In this document: positions 37,821 to 48,907 of the stretch, in pieces | How positions within the stretch are numbered: position 1 is the stretch's first letter | How the letters are laid out: every line of letters starts with the position of its first letter | DNA from: Octopus vulgaris | Lineage: Eukaryota | NCBI GenBank assembly: GCA_951406725.2 | Contig: OX597825.1 | Location: 9,362,001-9,426,000, forward strand | Direction: 5' to 3' | Length of the DNA: 64,000 nt | Translations under genes and position numbers: made by a program | The notes under the pieces: model-generated | Database searches by the model: none | What the model was told of the DNA's origin: nothing | The model's input: the letters and a program-made list of their open reading frames with translations, nothing else

Positions 37821-38438
37821 ACAACGACAATTTCAACAATAATTTTTTTCAGACGGACTATGCCGCTTCAAAAATACAATTTCTTTTCACTCGACACAGG
37901 CAGAAAAATTATATCTGGAGCAAAGTGGAGCCTTATTATTTGCTAAAAAATATTAAATGCTAAAAAACATTCATGCAAGTAATAAAACTTCACTAAACTC
38001 GCAAAAACACAAAACGCCCACCCGCAGTCGATTCGAACGTTCAACAATTCACGTTGAAACAACGCGACATCAATACAATTTTCTTTCCACTCGACACAGG
38101 CAGAAAAATTATATCTGGAGCAGAGTGGAGCCTTATTATCTGCTAAAAATATTAAATGCTAAAAAAAACATTAACAAGTAATAAAACAACGACAATTTCA
38201 AAAATAATTTTTGCAGACGGACTACGCCACCTCAAAAACACAATTTTCTTCACACCCGACAACAGGCAGAAAAATTATATCCGGAGCAAAGTGGAGCCTT
38301 ATTATCTGCTAAAAAATATTTAATGCTAAAAAACATTAATGCAAGTAATAAAACTTCACTTCGCTCTCAAAAATACAAAATTCCTACCTTTAGTCGAGTC
38401 TCAAGATTCAATATTTCACGTTGAAACAACGTGGCATC
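37821..38438 (-). repeat. 5' UTR tandem repeats: two ~250-bp units plus a third ~115-bp partial unit
   Basis: Core acaggcagaaaaattatatctggagc...gtggagccttattat.tgctaaaaa at ~37896, ~38096 and ~38262. Confidence 0.9.
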
Positions 38439-38449
38439 TGGAGCAGCAA

Positions 38450-38473
38450 AATAACACGTCCGAACAGTTCAGA
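38450..38473 (-). promoter_or_regulatory. Putative internal Pol II promoter motif (CGGACGTG, DPE-like)
   Basis: Element 5' end reads tctgaactgttCGGACGTGtt; (A/G)GACGTG motifs are typical near the 5' ends of invertebrate LINEs. Confidence 0.45.
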
Positions 38474-39262
38474 GGTTAGCAAGCTACTTACCACACAGCC
38501 ACTCCTGCGCCTATATATTCTTTATAAATTATTTTCTTAATTGTCTCTGCAACATCTTGTTTCTTGAATTTTTTCTCGCCGTTTGTATTTCAATAGTTTT
38601 ATTTAAAGATGAATTTAACAGTTTCTAATTTTTTTTTTTTTGTGGGGGGGGGGTGATAAGATGTTGCTGTTCTTGTTCTTACTGCGTTTGACATTCTTTC
38701 CTTTACTTTGGTTGTCATTGTCCATAATGCTGATGTCGGGATGGGTGTTGGTGATAGTGGTCGCATTGTTGTTAAAATTTAATCTTTATTTTGTTGCTGT
38801 TCTTATTGTTATAGATGTTCGTTCTTGTTATAGTTATTTTTATCACCGTCACCTATTGCATTGATATCAATGGTAGTGATGCTGCTGCGACTGCTGCTGC
38901 TGCTGCGACTGCTGCTGCTGCTGCTCCTTTCACTTACAGTCACTCTTATGTTGGTGTAGGAGGTTTTAAGTCTGTCGTTTCAAATACTCATTAAATCTTT
39001 CCGGTACTCCGTCGAAAATGTCGATACCGTGACTTTTTTTCATTAGAGGATTATGCTTCAGGAGAAAAATCTTCATCGACATCCTGATCCAGGTTACCTT
39101 AGGGAACAAAACTGTGCAAAGAGCTTTTTACCTTAAATATTTTAACCGCAATTAAACCTGACAAATCTTACGATCAATTTCAGGGATGCCATGCTGATAT
39201 AAAAACAAAACAAAAACGACGATAACAACTGAAATAATAATAATAATAATAATAATAATAAG

Positions 39263-39378
39263 CCCTTCTACTGAAGGTATGTGGCCTAAAATTTGGCGGG
39301 GTGGAATAGTCGATTACATCGATCCCAGGGTTTCACTGGTATTTAATTCATCGACCCTGAAAGGATGAAAGCAAAGTT
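39263..39378 (-). mobile_element. Meta-type SINE fragment with alternative tail ending in (TTA)n
   Basis: Minus: ctttgctttcatcctttcagggtcgatgaattaaataccagt...gggatcgatgtaatcgact, then ccgccaaattttaggccacatacc...(TTA)n. Confidence 0.7.
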
Positions 39379-39415
39379 ACAGAGCTTAATTTCCTGACAG
39401 ACTATTCTGAGTATA

Positions 39416-40159
39416 AATATTTGTATCTCAATTCTCTTTTTCGCATTACGGGTCGGTTAAGATTAGTACCTGTTATGTACTTGGGCTGATCCCTTCCCTA
39501 TATCCCTTTGCGACAAATGTACGTATAAAATGAACTTTGCATTGTGATAAAGAAAATGTTTCTGAAAACAGACTACGGATCTTTTCGGTTTGAACATAAT
39601 TTCTAGGTAACTAAAACATTTTAAACTTCGTATACTGGTAGAATGTGTTTATAAAACATCTTTTTCTCTTGGCTTTATTGAGAAAATTCTCTAGTTTGTA
39701 AGATATTTGATGTTGTTTTTTCTTCAACTTCTGCAATTTCAACCAATCAGTGACGTCTATTGAGGTAAAAAAAACATTCTGTGCCGTATGAATATATCCC
39801 TCGTTTAAGAAACAGATTGGGTTTATTTACATTTGTGAAGAAAAACAGATACCCTTCCCCTCACCCCTAACACTAACCCTAAGCTTAACCCTAACCCTAA
39901 AACAGATTGAAATGCAATAGATCGGTACTAGGGTCATAATTATGGGTGACAATTTCATATGACACCGCTAGAAAAAACTGCCGTTCAAACCGAAAAGATC
40001 CAATATTTGTATCTCACTTCTCTTTTTCGTATTACGAGTCCGTTAAGATTAGTACCTGTTATGTACTTGGGTTCATCGTTTCCCTGTATCCCTTTATGAC
40101 AAATGTACGTATAAAATGAACTTTGCACTGTGATAAAAAAAGTTTCTGAAAATGATTAC
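39416..40159 (+). repeat. ~160-bp direct duplication (39416-39576 / 40002-40159) bracketing MITE copy 3
   Basis: Both copies start aatatttgtatctca and end gtttctgaaaa..ga.tac; the junctions coincide with the TIR ends. Confidence 0.9.
39577..40001 (+). mobile_element. Merlin-like MITE with internal (CCCTAA)n, copy 3
   Basis: Colinear with 30917-31343; left TIR has a short internal deletion; no 8-bp TSD. Confidence 0.88.
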
Positions 40160-40973
40160 TAAAAGTCAAGAAGAAAAATTTAATTAATACATTTCAGTAA
40201 TAGGCAATCATAACTTATATAACTTTTGCAACGAGTGTAACGACTTAAGAGAAAGGAATTATAAACAAGAGTCAAAACCGTTCAGTATATGACGTGTTGC
40301 ATTTCTTGTATAAAACAGTTCTTTGTGATTGGATTAGATACACTACAGACAAAATGGAAAAATAATTTCATGATTACCGTAATCTATGACTGTAGTTCAA
40401 AGTTTGTTCAGCATTTTGATTATATTTCCAGGTTAATTTTGTTAGCATATGTGATATCTTGTAATTTTCAACAGTGTCTTCCAAAATTCAACTTGTAAAT
40501 TTCCGCAGTCGTCTTCCAGAGACATTAAACACAGGAGATATTGGTTAATTATTCGTTCAGATAATGTGAAATATTTCCTAACTGGAGACAAAGAACAATA
40601 AAGACTTCGTAGTGTTTGTCAATTGTTTACATTACAAATAAGTATTGATAATATTTTTTTTTTTAGTACGTGTGTTTTAAATATATTTATAAAATGGTTA
40701 TAGCAGTTATTTCTAAAAGCGATGTGCTAGTTGATACTGCAGAAGAGAAATCTAGAAAAAAATAACAATATATAACATTTTTTTAGCTTCTTTTATTTTA
40801 CATAAAATAATCACGTAAAAAGATAACATGTCTAAGTAAGTTCGACGTTTGTTTAAAATGATATTATTAAGAAAACAAAGTATTATTTTCAACGTTTGTT
40901 TGTCATTTTTTCTTGCGTCAACATTATAAATATATATATATATATGTGTGTGTGTGTATGTGTGTGTGTGTAA

Positions 40974-41027
<54 letters not shown>

Positions 41028-41047
41028 GCATATACATACACACACAG

Positions 41048-41083
<36 letters not shown>

Positions 41084-42069
41084 ATGTGTGTGTATATATA
41101 TATTAGTGTAGATTTGGTGAAAAAAACTATTCAGTGTTTCAGATAAATATTTTTATAACATATTTTTTTTTTATTAAACAAATAGCTTCAAATAAACAAA
41201 TGTTCATATTGATGTTTTAGAAATTCCACAATAGCTTTCAACCCTAGATGATACGTAATACCCCGTGTGACTCGAATGTCCATTGTTGCCACCTGCTGTG
41301 TGTTCACGGTAAAGGTATTTATCTCTAATCTGCATACCGGTTCAATCAGTACAACAGTTCATCTTTGCATGCAGCATGAATATGATATAATTATGACGAC
41401 TCACGAAGCTTGTAAGGATTAGTATAAAAGCTATACGTTCACTTACGGTGGGTTGGGCTCTACCTGTCTTACGCGGCTGACGCAAAACATGAGACTTCAG
41501 GTGATAAGTCTTCGCTTAACTGAATCACATTTGAAAATGTGATGTTTGGTAAACTGTATTGCCTGATATACTTACTCTGAAGAAGTATTTAAAGAAATTC
41601 AACCAACCTTACTAAATACCTATCACAACATTGATACACTGACTGTGCAAAATTATAAAATCAAACGAATACCTATATAATACCTATGTACACACACACA
41701 CACACACATACACACACGCAAACACACACACACACACATGCACGCACACATGCATACACATATGCAGATACATAAATGCATACGCACACATGCATATAAT
41801 TTGGGAGCGAAAAGGAATCTGAATGGGAGAAAATATTTTGTAAGTTGGTGGCAAAAGGAATTTTATGACCACAGTGACACAGAATCTGTAGATCCAGTGC
41901 AGAAAAAAAACTGGCATTAAAGTTACCATAATTACGAATTCCCAATGTTGATGGGAAGATACTGCAGACTCACTGGGCATTTAACAAGAGGTAAAATATT
42001 TACCCATAATGTTGTAGACGTTATTATCATTATTATTATTATTATTATTAGTGTTATTATTATTATTAC

Positions 42070-42105
<36 letters not shown>

Positions 42106-42341
42106 GTCAGGCACTCACGTCTTTGTATCAGGGGGTGGGTAGTAGATAGTGGTATCATCATCATTATTATCATTATTATTATTATTATTATTACCATTCA
42201 GTTTCTCGTAAATATCGGTTGAAGTGACTAATATGTGTCTTTCGTATATCTACAGCGACATTTCATGCGAAACTTTTCCACTCAGTATAGAACGTGTGTA
42301 TCACGGAAAATTAATCACTCTTCACTTGCAGAAGCGAATCG

Positions 42342-42413
<72 letters not shown>

Positions 42414-42960
42414 ATCACACACATACACACACGCAGAGATGGATGGAAGGCTGACTGGCTGGCTGGCTGGCTGGCTGGATGGATGGATGGATGGATGGAT
42501 GGATGGATGGATGGATGGATGGATGGATGGATGGATATACATACACTCATACATATGTATTTCTATGTGTGTGTGTGTGTGTGTGTTAACTAAATGGACC
42601 TTGACGTTGAGAGATGAGTAAACTTCACTCGTCATTTAACACAATAACTGTCACGGCATCTGAATCGGACTCAATCTTAAATCGTTCAATACCTCATCAA
42701 CTCTAATGTTCTGTGCGTCATCCATTCGCTGGTCCAAAAGCAACCGGATAAAAATTCAGTATACTAAATTAAATTTGTTACATAAAATCAATAATTCGGA
42801 TTGAAAAAGAATAAAGGCAATGCTTCGGAATATAACTTTGCGATACAATCAGTGTTTTGACACAACATTAATAAAAACATCAGTTTTGTTATCAAAGTGA
42901 TATTTGTATTACCAGTTCTTACCAATTTCCAGGCAAAGCCACCATTTTCTCTAGAAAAAG

Positions 42961-43007
<47 letters not shown>

Positions 43008-43780
43008 GTACAAGTGTACGTAAATAAACCTATATTTTTGAATGTTTAGCTATTTTAAATGCAACAGAAAGGGGTTGATTTCCCGAGATATTGTTACTTG
43101 AAAGTTTTATTAAGTTTGTGAGGACTTCAAAAATAGATGTAAAAAATAATATTTCTTGCCTGAGTAAGAATCCAACACTGGTAAATTCTTTTTTACTCGA
43201 GTACACAAGTGCTATCTAATTAGTGCCCAAAGCTATAACAATTCCTGGAAGTTGACAAACCGGAATAAACATACTTTTACATTTTTTAATGCTGGTTCAC
43301 AAAGCAGAAATGATATTTTAGTTGATCGGAGAAAAGAAATATATTTACATCGAATCATGAGACAATCGATGTAGGCACAACAAGCTTGAAAATTGTGTTG
43401 ACGAGAGAGAAATTTGCCACACTTGATTATGGAAGATTGTCATTTTGTTGCTTATATAATTTATAACTTTGAGAAACTCTTCTCTCACACGGTGGGTGGG
43501 GAACAAAGAATCAATTCATTTCGAAATACCGTCGCAAAGGAAATTTATTTTTCCGAAGCATGATTCTACGTCCAGACAGAAGATTTTGCATGGCGTGTCA
43601 TCTCTGATAGTCTTGCGACTAATTCCGATAGGTCAAAATTCATTACTTATCTCTGTATTTCTTTACTTTTCTGTAAATACAAATAATACTTACGACCCCA
43701 GCATACAAATAAACATGCACACAAATAAACAGATGTATTAACGAATTGATTTACAATGTCTTATAATCTGCATTTTTCTC

Positions 43781-43957
43781 GGTGGTAAGTAGCTTGCTAA
43801 CCAACCACATGGTTCCGGGTTCAGTCCCACTGCGTGGCGTCTTGGGCAAATGTCTTCTGCTATAGCCCCGGGCCGACCAATGCCTTGTGAGTGAATTTGG
43901 TAGACGGAAACTGAACGAAGCCTGTCGCGGTATATATATATGTGTGTGTGTGTGTTT
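43781..43957 (+). mobile_element. SINE family A, 5' half
   Basis: Matches 15951-16120 and ends in the internal (TA)(TG) tract. Confidence 0.9.
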
Positions 43958-44238
43958 GGATCGCGGTTTCGATTCCCAGACCGGGCGTTGTGAATGTTTA
44001 TTGAGCGAAAACACCTAAAAAGCTCCACGAGGCTCCGGCAGGGGATGGTGGTGATCCCTGCTGTACTCTTTCACCACAACTTTCTCTCACTCTTACTTCC
44101 TGTTTCTGTTGTACCTGTATTTCAAAGGGCCGGCCTTGTCACTCTCTGTGTCACGCTGAATATCCCCGAGAACTACGTTAAGGGTACACGTGTCTGTGGA
44201 GTGCTTAGCCACATACACGTTAATTTCACGAGCAGGCT
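43958..44238 (+). mobile_element. SINE family C, 5'-truncated, tail type 1
   Basis: 43958-44108 matches 45192-45340; the sequences diverge after cttcctgtttct. Confidence 0.8.
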
Positions 44239-44278
44239 AAAATCTTTAATAATAATAATAATGATAATAATAATAATC

Positions 44279-44503
44279 TGTTTTGTCTGGGGAGAATCAT
44301 TTTCTTTTTGTGCCTTATAATTTAACACACTCACCGGTAAAATGTCCACTTACTTCTTATTTTTAAGAAATAAGTGGAAATTTTACCGGTGAGTGTCTTA
44401 AATTACAAGGCACAAACAGAAAAGACTCTTGCCAGACACAACAGAGTATGCTTCAACACACGAACTCATATAAAGAATCTTGTAAACCAAATCCCAAAAC
44501 GAA
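44279..44503. mobile_element. Inverted pair of Penelope-like ends plus ORF-start tail, within (TAA)n
   Basis: 44279-44361 and 44365-44444 are reverse complements; the right arm continues through RHNRVCFNTRTHIKNLVNQIP. Confidence 0.75.
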
Positions 44504-44526
44504 AAATAATAATAATAATAATAATA

Positions 44527-44567
<41 letters not shown>

Positions 44568-44595
44568 TAATATTATTATTTGTAGTAGTAGTAGT

Positions 44596-44661
<66 letters not shown>

Positions 44662-45144
44662 CCTGAAAGTTACACTCGGAACGTTTAACACGAAATCGAT
44701 ACTTTTGATCTTTTAAAAGTTTAGATATTTAGAAAATGTTATTGTTAATCGGATAGAAGAGAGAACCAGCTGTGTCTTGGAGAGTTTGTTTTAATCGTAG
44801 TTCGAACTCCACAGAGGAGTTTGCATGGCTTTAATGTTAAAATTCTACTCGGTCGAGTGTTGAATGCAAATTTTAAAATGACAATCAACAGCTTATTATT
44901 TTGAAACAGAATTCCAATACAAAGAGACTGGAGGAGAAAACACGAGAAAGCGTAAAATGTGAACGTATAAAGAGGGAAATGTGGAAATATGAAGGGAAAA
45001 TGAAAGGGAGGAACATAGCGCAGAAAAGAAAAGACAGGAGGGGAGAATGAAAAACAGAAACGAGAAAGAGTGAGAAAGAGAGCAGTAGACAAAATAAACA
45101 GCAACACCTGAAAACCAACAGTAATAACAAGAGCAGCACCATCA

Positions 45145-45528
45145 GTGGAGACGCAATGGCCCAATGGTTAGGGCAGCGGACTCGCGGTCGGAGGATCGCG
45201 GTTTCGATTTCCAGACCGGGCGTTGTGTGTTTTTATTAAGCGAAAACACCTAAAGCTCCACGAGGCTCTGGCAGGGGGTGGTGGCGACCCCTGTTGTACT
45301 CTTTCTCTCCAACTTGCTCTCATTCTTTCTTCCTGTTTCTTGTCCTCCCCGACTTCCTACGCAACCGCTGAGCCTGGACGCTTATTCATCCATCCGTCGA
45401 TGCTCTCGGTGTCGGGGTTGACCTGCTTTCTCTTCTGTGGGTCTTACGAAAAGCTAAAGGACCACGTATCGGACTTCTCCCACTCTGGGATGAAGGCCGC
45501 TTCGCTCAACAAACAAACAAACAAACAA
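45145..45528 (+). mobile_element. SINE family C, full length, tail type 2 ending (AAAC)n
   Basis: tRNA-like head with A-box TGGCCCAATGG and B-box-like GGTTTCGATTTCC; (CAAA)n 3' end. Confidence 0.85.
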
Positions 45529-48500
45529 TCAGCAGCATCAATAATGATTCGTTCTTTCTAATTTTGGCACAGGGCAAACAATTTTAAGGGACGACGACTT
45601 ATTGATTATATTGAATCCAGTATTTGACTAATACATATTTTATTAATCCCAAAGGGATGAAAGATAGAGATGAGGTTGTAACATCACTAATACTAAGAAG
45701 AAAAGCGCCAAAAGTCGCAGAGCAACCAGAAGGAAAATGGGAACGACGAAAGTTCTTCGAAGACGAATTGCCAAATTTTGATATATTCAAAAAGCAGAAG
45801 CGGCAATGTCGTCAACACAATTAAGTGTGACAGTGGTGTATGTGGGACATGCATTGAGTACGCCACCACCACTATATTAACCTCTTCCAGAGCAGTGAAA
45901 AGGAACACCAACATGGTAAAGACAACCACAGCCACTGCTGCGTACACCAGCTGTTTCAAACTGTGCAGGTATACCTTTAGACAGTGAATACTTGAAGGAT
46001 CCTAAAGCGAGAAGTCACTATCAACATTATATTGTGTAATATTATATTGTATGTGTGAGTTTGTGAGCGCAAGTGGTCAGGTCTCTTAAGAGGGCTATAA
46101 ATGATATATAACGAGTCAGACTATTGCAGAGTGGGTCGCTGGCAGCAATGCTGCCAACCCCAGGAAGTTTGCTTCGTCAGGAAGGTGTTGTTGGACATTA
46201 TAAACGATGAAGAACTAGACTTGCCAAATAACAGATATTATTGTTGTAGTCTAGAGCCATCCAATAATGTGTACATATCTGCATTTAACGTGTGACCATG
46301 TTTGTTTATTGGGAAAGTTTCATTTCATTCAAATCTAGTATGGAAGTAATCAGTAAACTACATAATTGATTCGAAACCGGTGGTAACAGTCTTATGGGAC
46401 TTTACTGCTACAGACTGGATCGTTTCCTCGTGATGGGGTAGAAGTTATGATCCAGAGCAAATATCGGAAATGATGTTTTATGGACTGAATACAGAGTTTA
46501 TGTTACTGCGAGATATGAAACCGATGAAGTTATAAAGGAGTTGAAAAGAATCATATCTTCAGCTCCCTTGTATCTTTGTCATTCTCATAAAAACTGTGTT
46601 GTCTTGATCCTATCATGCCACTGTGTATATTGTGTGAGAAAAAGAGACTGGGTTTGGTGTACACGCAGCATATTCTTACCTTTCTACATTTCAAATGCTT
46701 TGCGCTAGTCTTGAAACTCTTTCTAGCAAATCAGTGACTAAAAAGGTTGCTAGTAGCAACGGAAGAGCTTTGACAAACAAAAGCAAAACAAGGGACTTAC
46801 TGTTTAACCAAATTAAATATACAATCGATTAGTTAGTTGGATATTCGATCGGTTGACCAATAATATAGGAATGGAATTGAACCGGTACGAGTGTTAATAA
46901 TATTGGCATAATGACTCTCGGTAGCTATAACGAAAAATACAGCATCGGAGGAAGAATTTGGGTTTAGTGCTCCTGGTATATAATTGCATCTTCATTAGTA
47001 ATGTATGAAGATACCGACTGATTACGCAGTCGTTATCTTCGTACATTCCAGATGCCTGAAAGACCCTGCAGCTTCGCACTTCCGGACCATTATTTGCAAT
47101 AGTGAAGATATCACCAATATGCGACAATGAAATACCGCCATTTTGTAGCTTGAAGCGCAGAGATGTGAAATAGAAGGATGCAGTTGTTATTCTCTGCCTC
47201 TTGCATGACTGTATCTGCAATAATGTCATGAGATGCTCATACACTTACGGAAAAAAACCGATCGTGTTGTAAATTTCAACTATAAGTATGCTAAAAATAC
47301 CTTGGAGGCGTATGAAATCAAAACAATTTCATCTCCCGTGGCAAGCAATGCGACACAATTTGCGATTATCTTCTGAAAAAAATTACAGCTCAAAAATATC
47401 AATTTTTTTGAAAACAACGATTCTGTGTATTAATTCCTCTGTATATGGGGTTAAAGATGACAGTCACGGATGTTTCAACAGGAAAAAAAACTTTTTAGTG
47501 GCTGATACCATCTCCTATACATGAGAAAGAAGGTTTGCGATGAATAGTGCATAGAGAAAATTTACAGAGAGACACACAGACAGACAGGCAATGTGTGTAT
47601 GGTCGGAGATGGAGATTACTGTCAAGCAAGAGACCTAGAGAAAATAATCTACCATCAAAGTCCCAAACAGCATAAACTTATTGGTGGTGGTGCACGGTAG
47701 AAAGCTCAAACATTAGCTCTGCTATACTAACTCAGATTTAAGGGGTTTCTGTCCTCCGCAACAACGAATAATAAAGAGCACATCCAAACTTCTGTTGATC
47801 CAACATCAAAGCATATGAACAACGATAAAAAACAACAACAGTGGGAGCTAATTTCATTTTAAATCCCCTCATTTTTTATTTCCAGATCTTTTATATTTTG
47901 CTTATTCTATTTTCAGAGATACATTACCATTTGTCGAGTGTGGTGTGTAGATCAGAAGATACTTGTTTTCGGAAAAGCCTTTCATAACAATATCGTATCG
48001 ATTTGCCTTAATGTCCAAGTCTTTCTAGATTATCATATTCCCGATATTGGTTACATTCTTTCGGATATATTTTATGTTCATACAGTCTCTTTCTCTTGTT
48101 ATATCACAATGATACTGTAATTTTCTGTGCATGAAAGCTATAACCCTGGCATGTCTGTGTACATGTTTTCTATTTCGGTTACAACTGACCAGCAGCTAAC
48201 ATTATGGCAAATCGTTTGTGATGGGAAGGCTTTGATCTTATGCTGCAATCAAAATCCTTTTGTTCTAATATTCAGTCTTCGCCCTGCAACGTCTTTTTGC
48301 CAAATACTTAGCATGATATTACGAAGTTCCAGTTTCAGTTCATCTTCCTTTTAACTACATCTGGTCTTCATTCTTGTCAGAACTTCAATTTCTAAACAAT
48401 GATTTTATTTGTATCCATTTATACATTTATGCATTTATTATTTTGCTATTTTGTATTTTCTGGTTCTCTTTAGACGTTTCTATTACGAAATAGTTTTTGT

Positions 48501-48855
48501 AGTCTACAGCAGATATTTTGTAATCATTTTGTAGTTTCAGAAGACCCCGTTTACTAATAATTGTATTAAATATAATCTAATTAATTATTTAACAGCGGTC
48601 ATGTTATTGTAGTGGACTGCTTTGTAAACTGTCGGCTGCCTGTTCCTCTGTCTCCTATTTACTTACGCAGCTGGATTTTCCTTTCATTGACGGAGTCAGG
48701 TTGTCTCCAACTTTTTCAATAAGTCGATAGATGCGTTTGCCCACATTTTATCTCTCCTTTTTAAAAAAATATTTCAAGCACAGCTTTGGGAATTTATCGC
48801 TCCTGATGGATTTTAGTTGCTCAATTGTTTGTAGCAACTTAGAAGTGCCTTGAGC

Positions 48856-48902
<47 letters not shown>

Positions 48903-48907
<5 letters not shown>

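Larger units (their letters stand above)
36057..38473 (-). mobile_element. ORF1-only (HAL1-like) non-autonomous L1/Tx1-type retrotransposon, 2417 bp
   Basis: Perfect 16-bp TSD (36041-36056, 38474-38489); ~930-bp 5' UTR with tandem repeats; single intact ORF; ~290-bp 3' UTR ending ...tatataaaata(aa). No endonuclease, RT or LTR. Confidence 0.85.
35914..38512 (-). mobile_element. SINE family A 5' half, split by the ORF1-only element
   Basis: SINE sequence at 35914-36056 resumes at 38474-38512, with a 16-bp duplication ggttagcaagctactt. Confidence 0.92.

Noticed and set aside
45145-45220. tRNA gene
   Set aside because: Has A/B boxes but continues into a repeated body and (AAAC)n tail; it is a SINE head. 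The same applies to family A and B heads.
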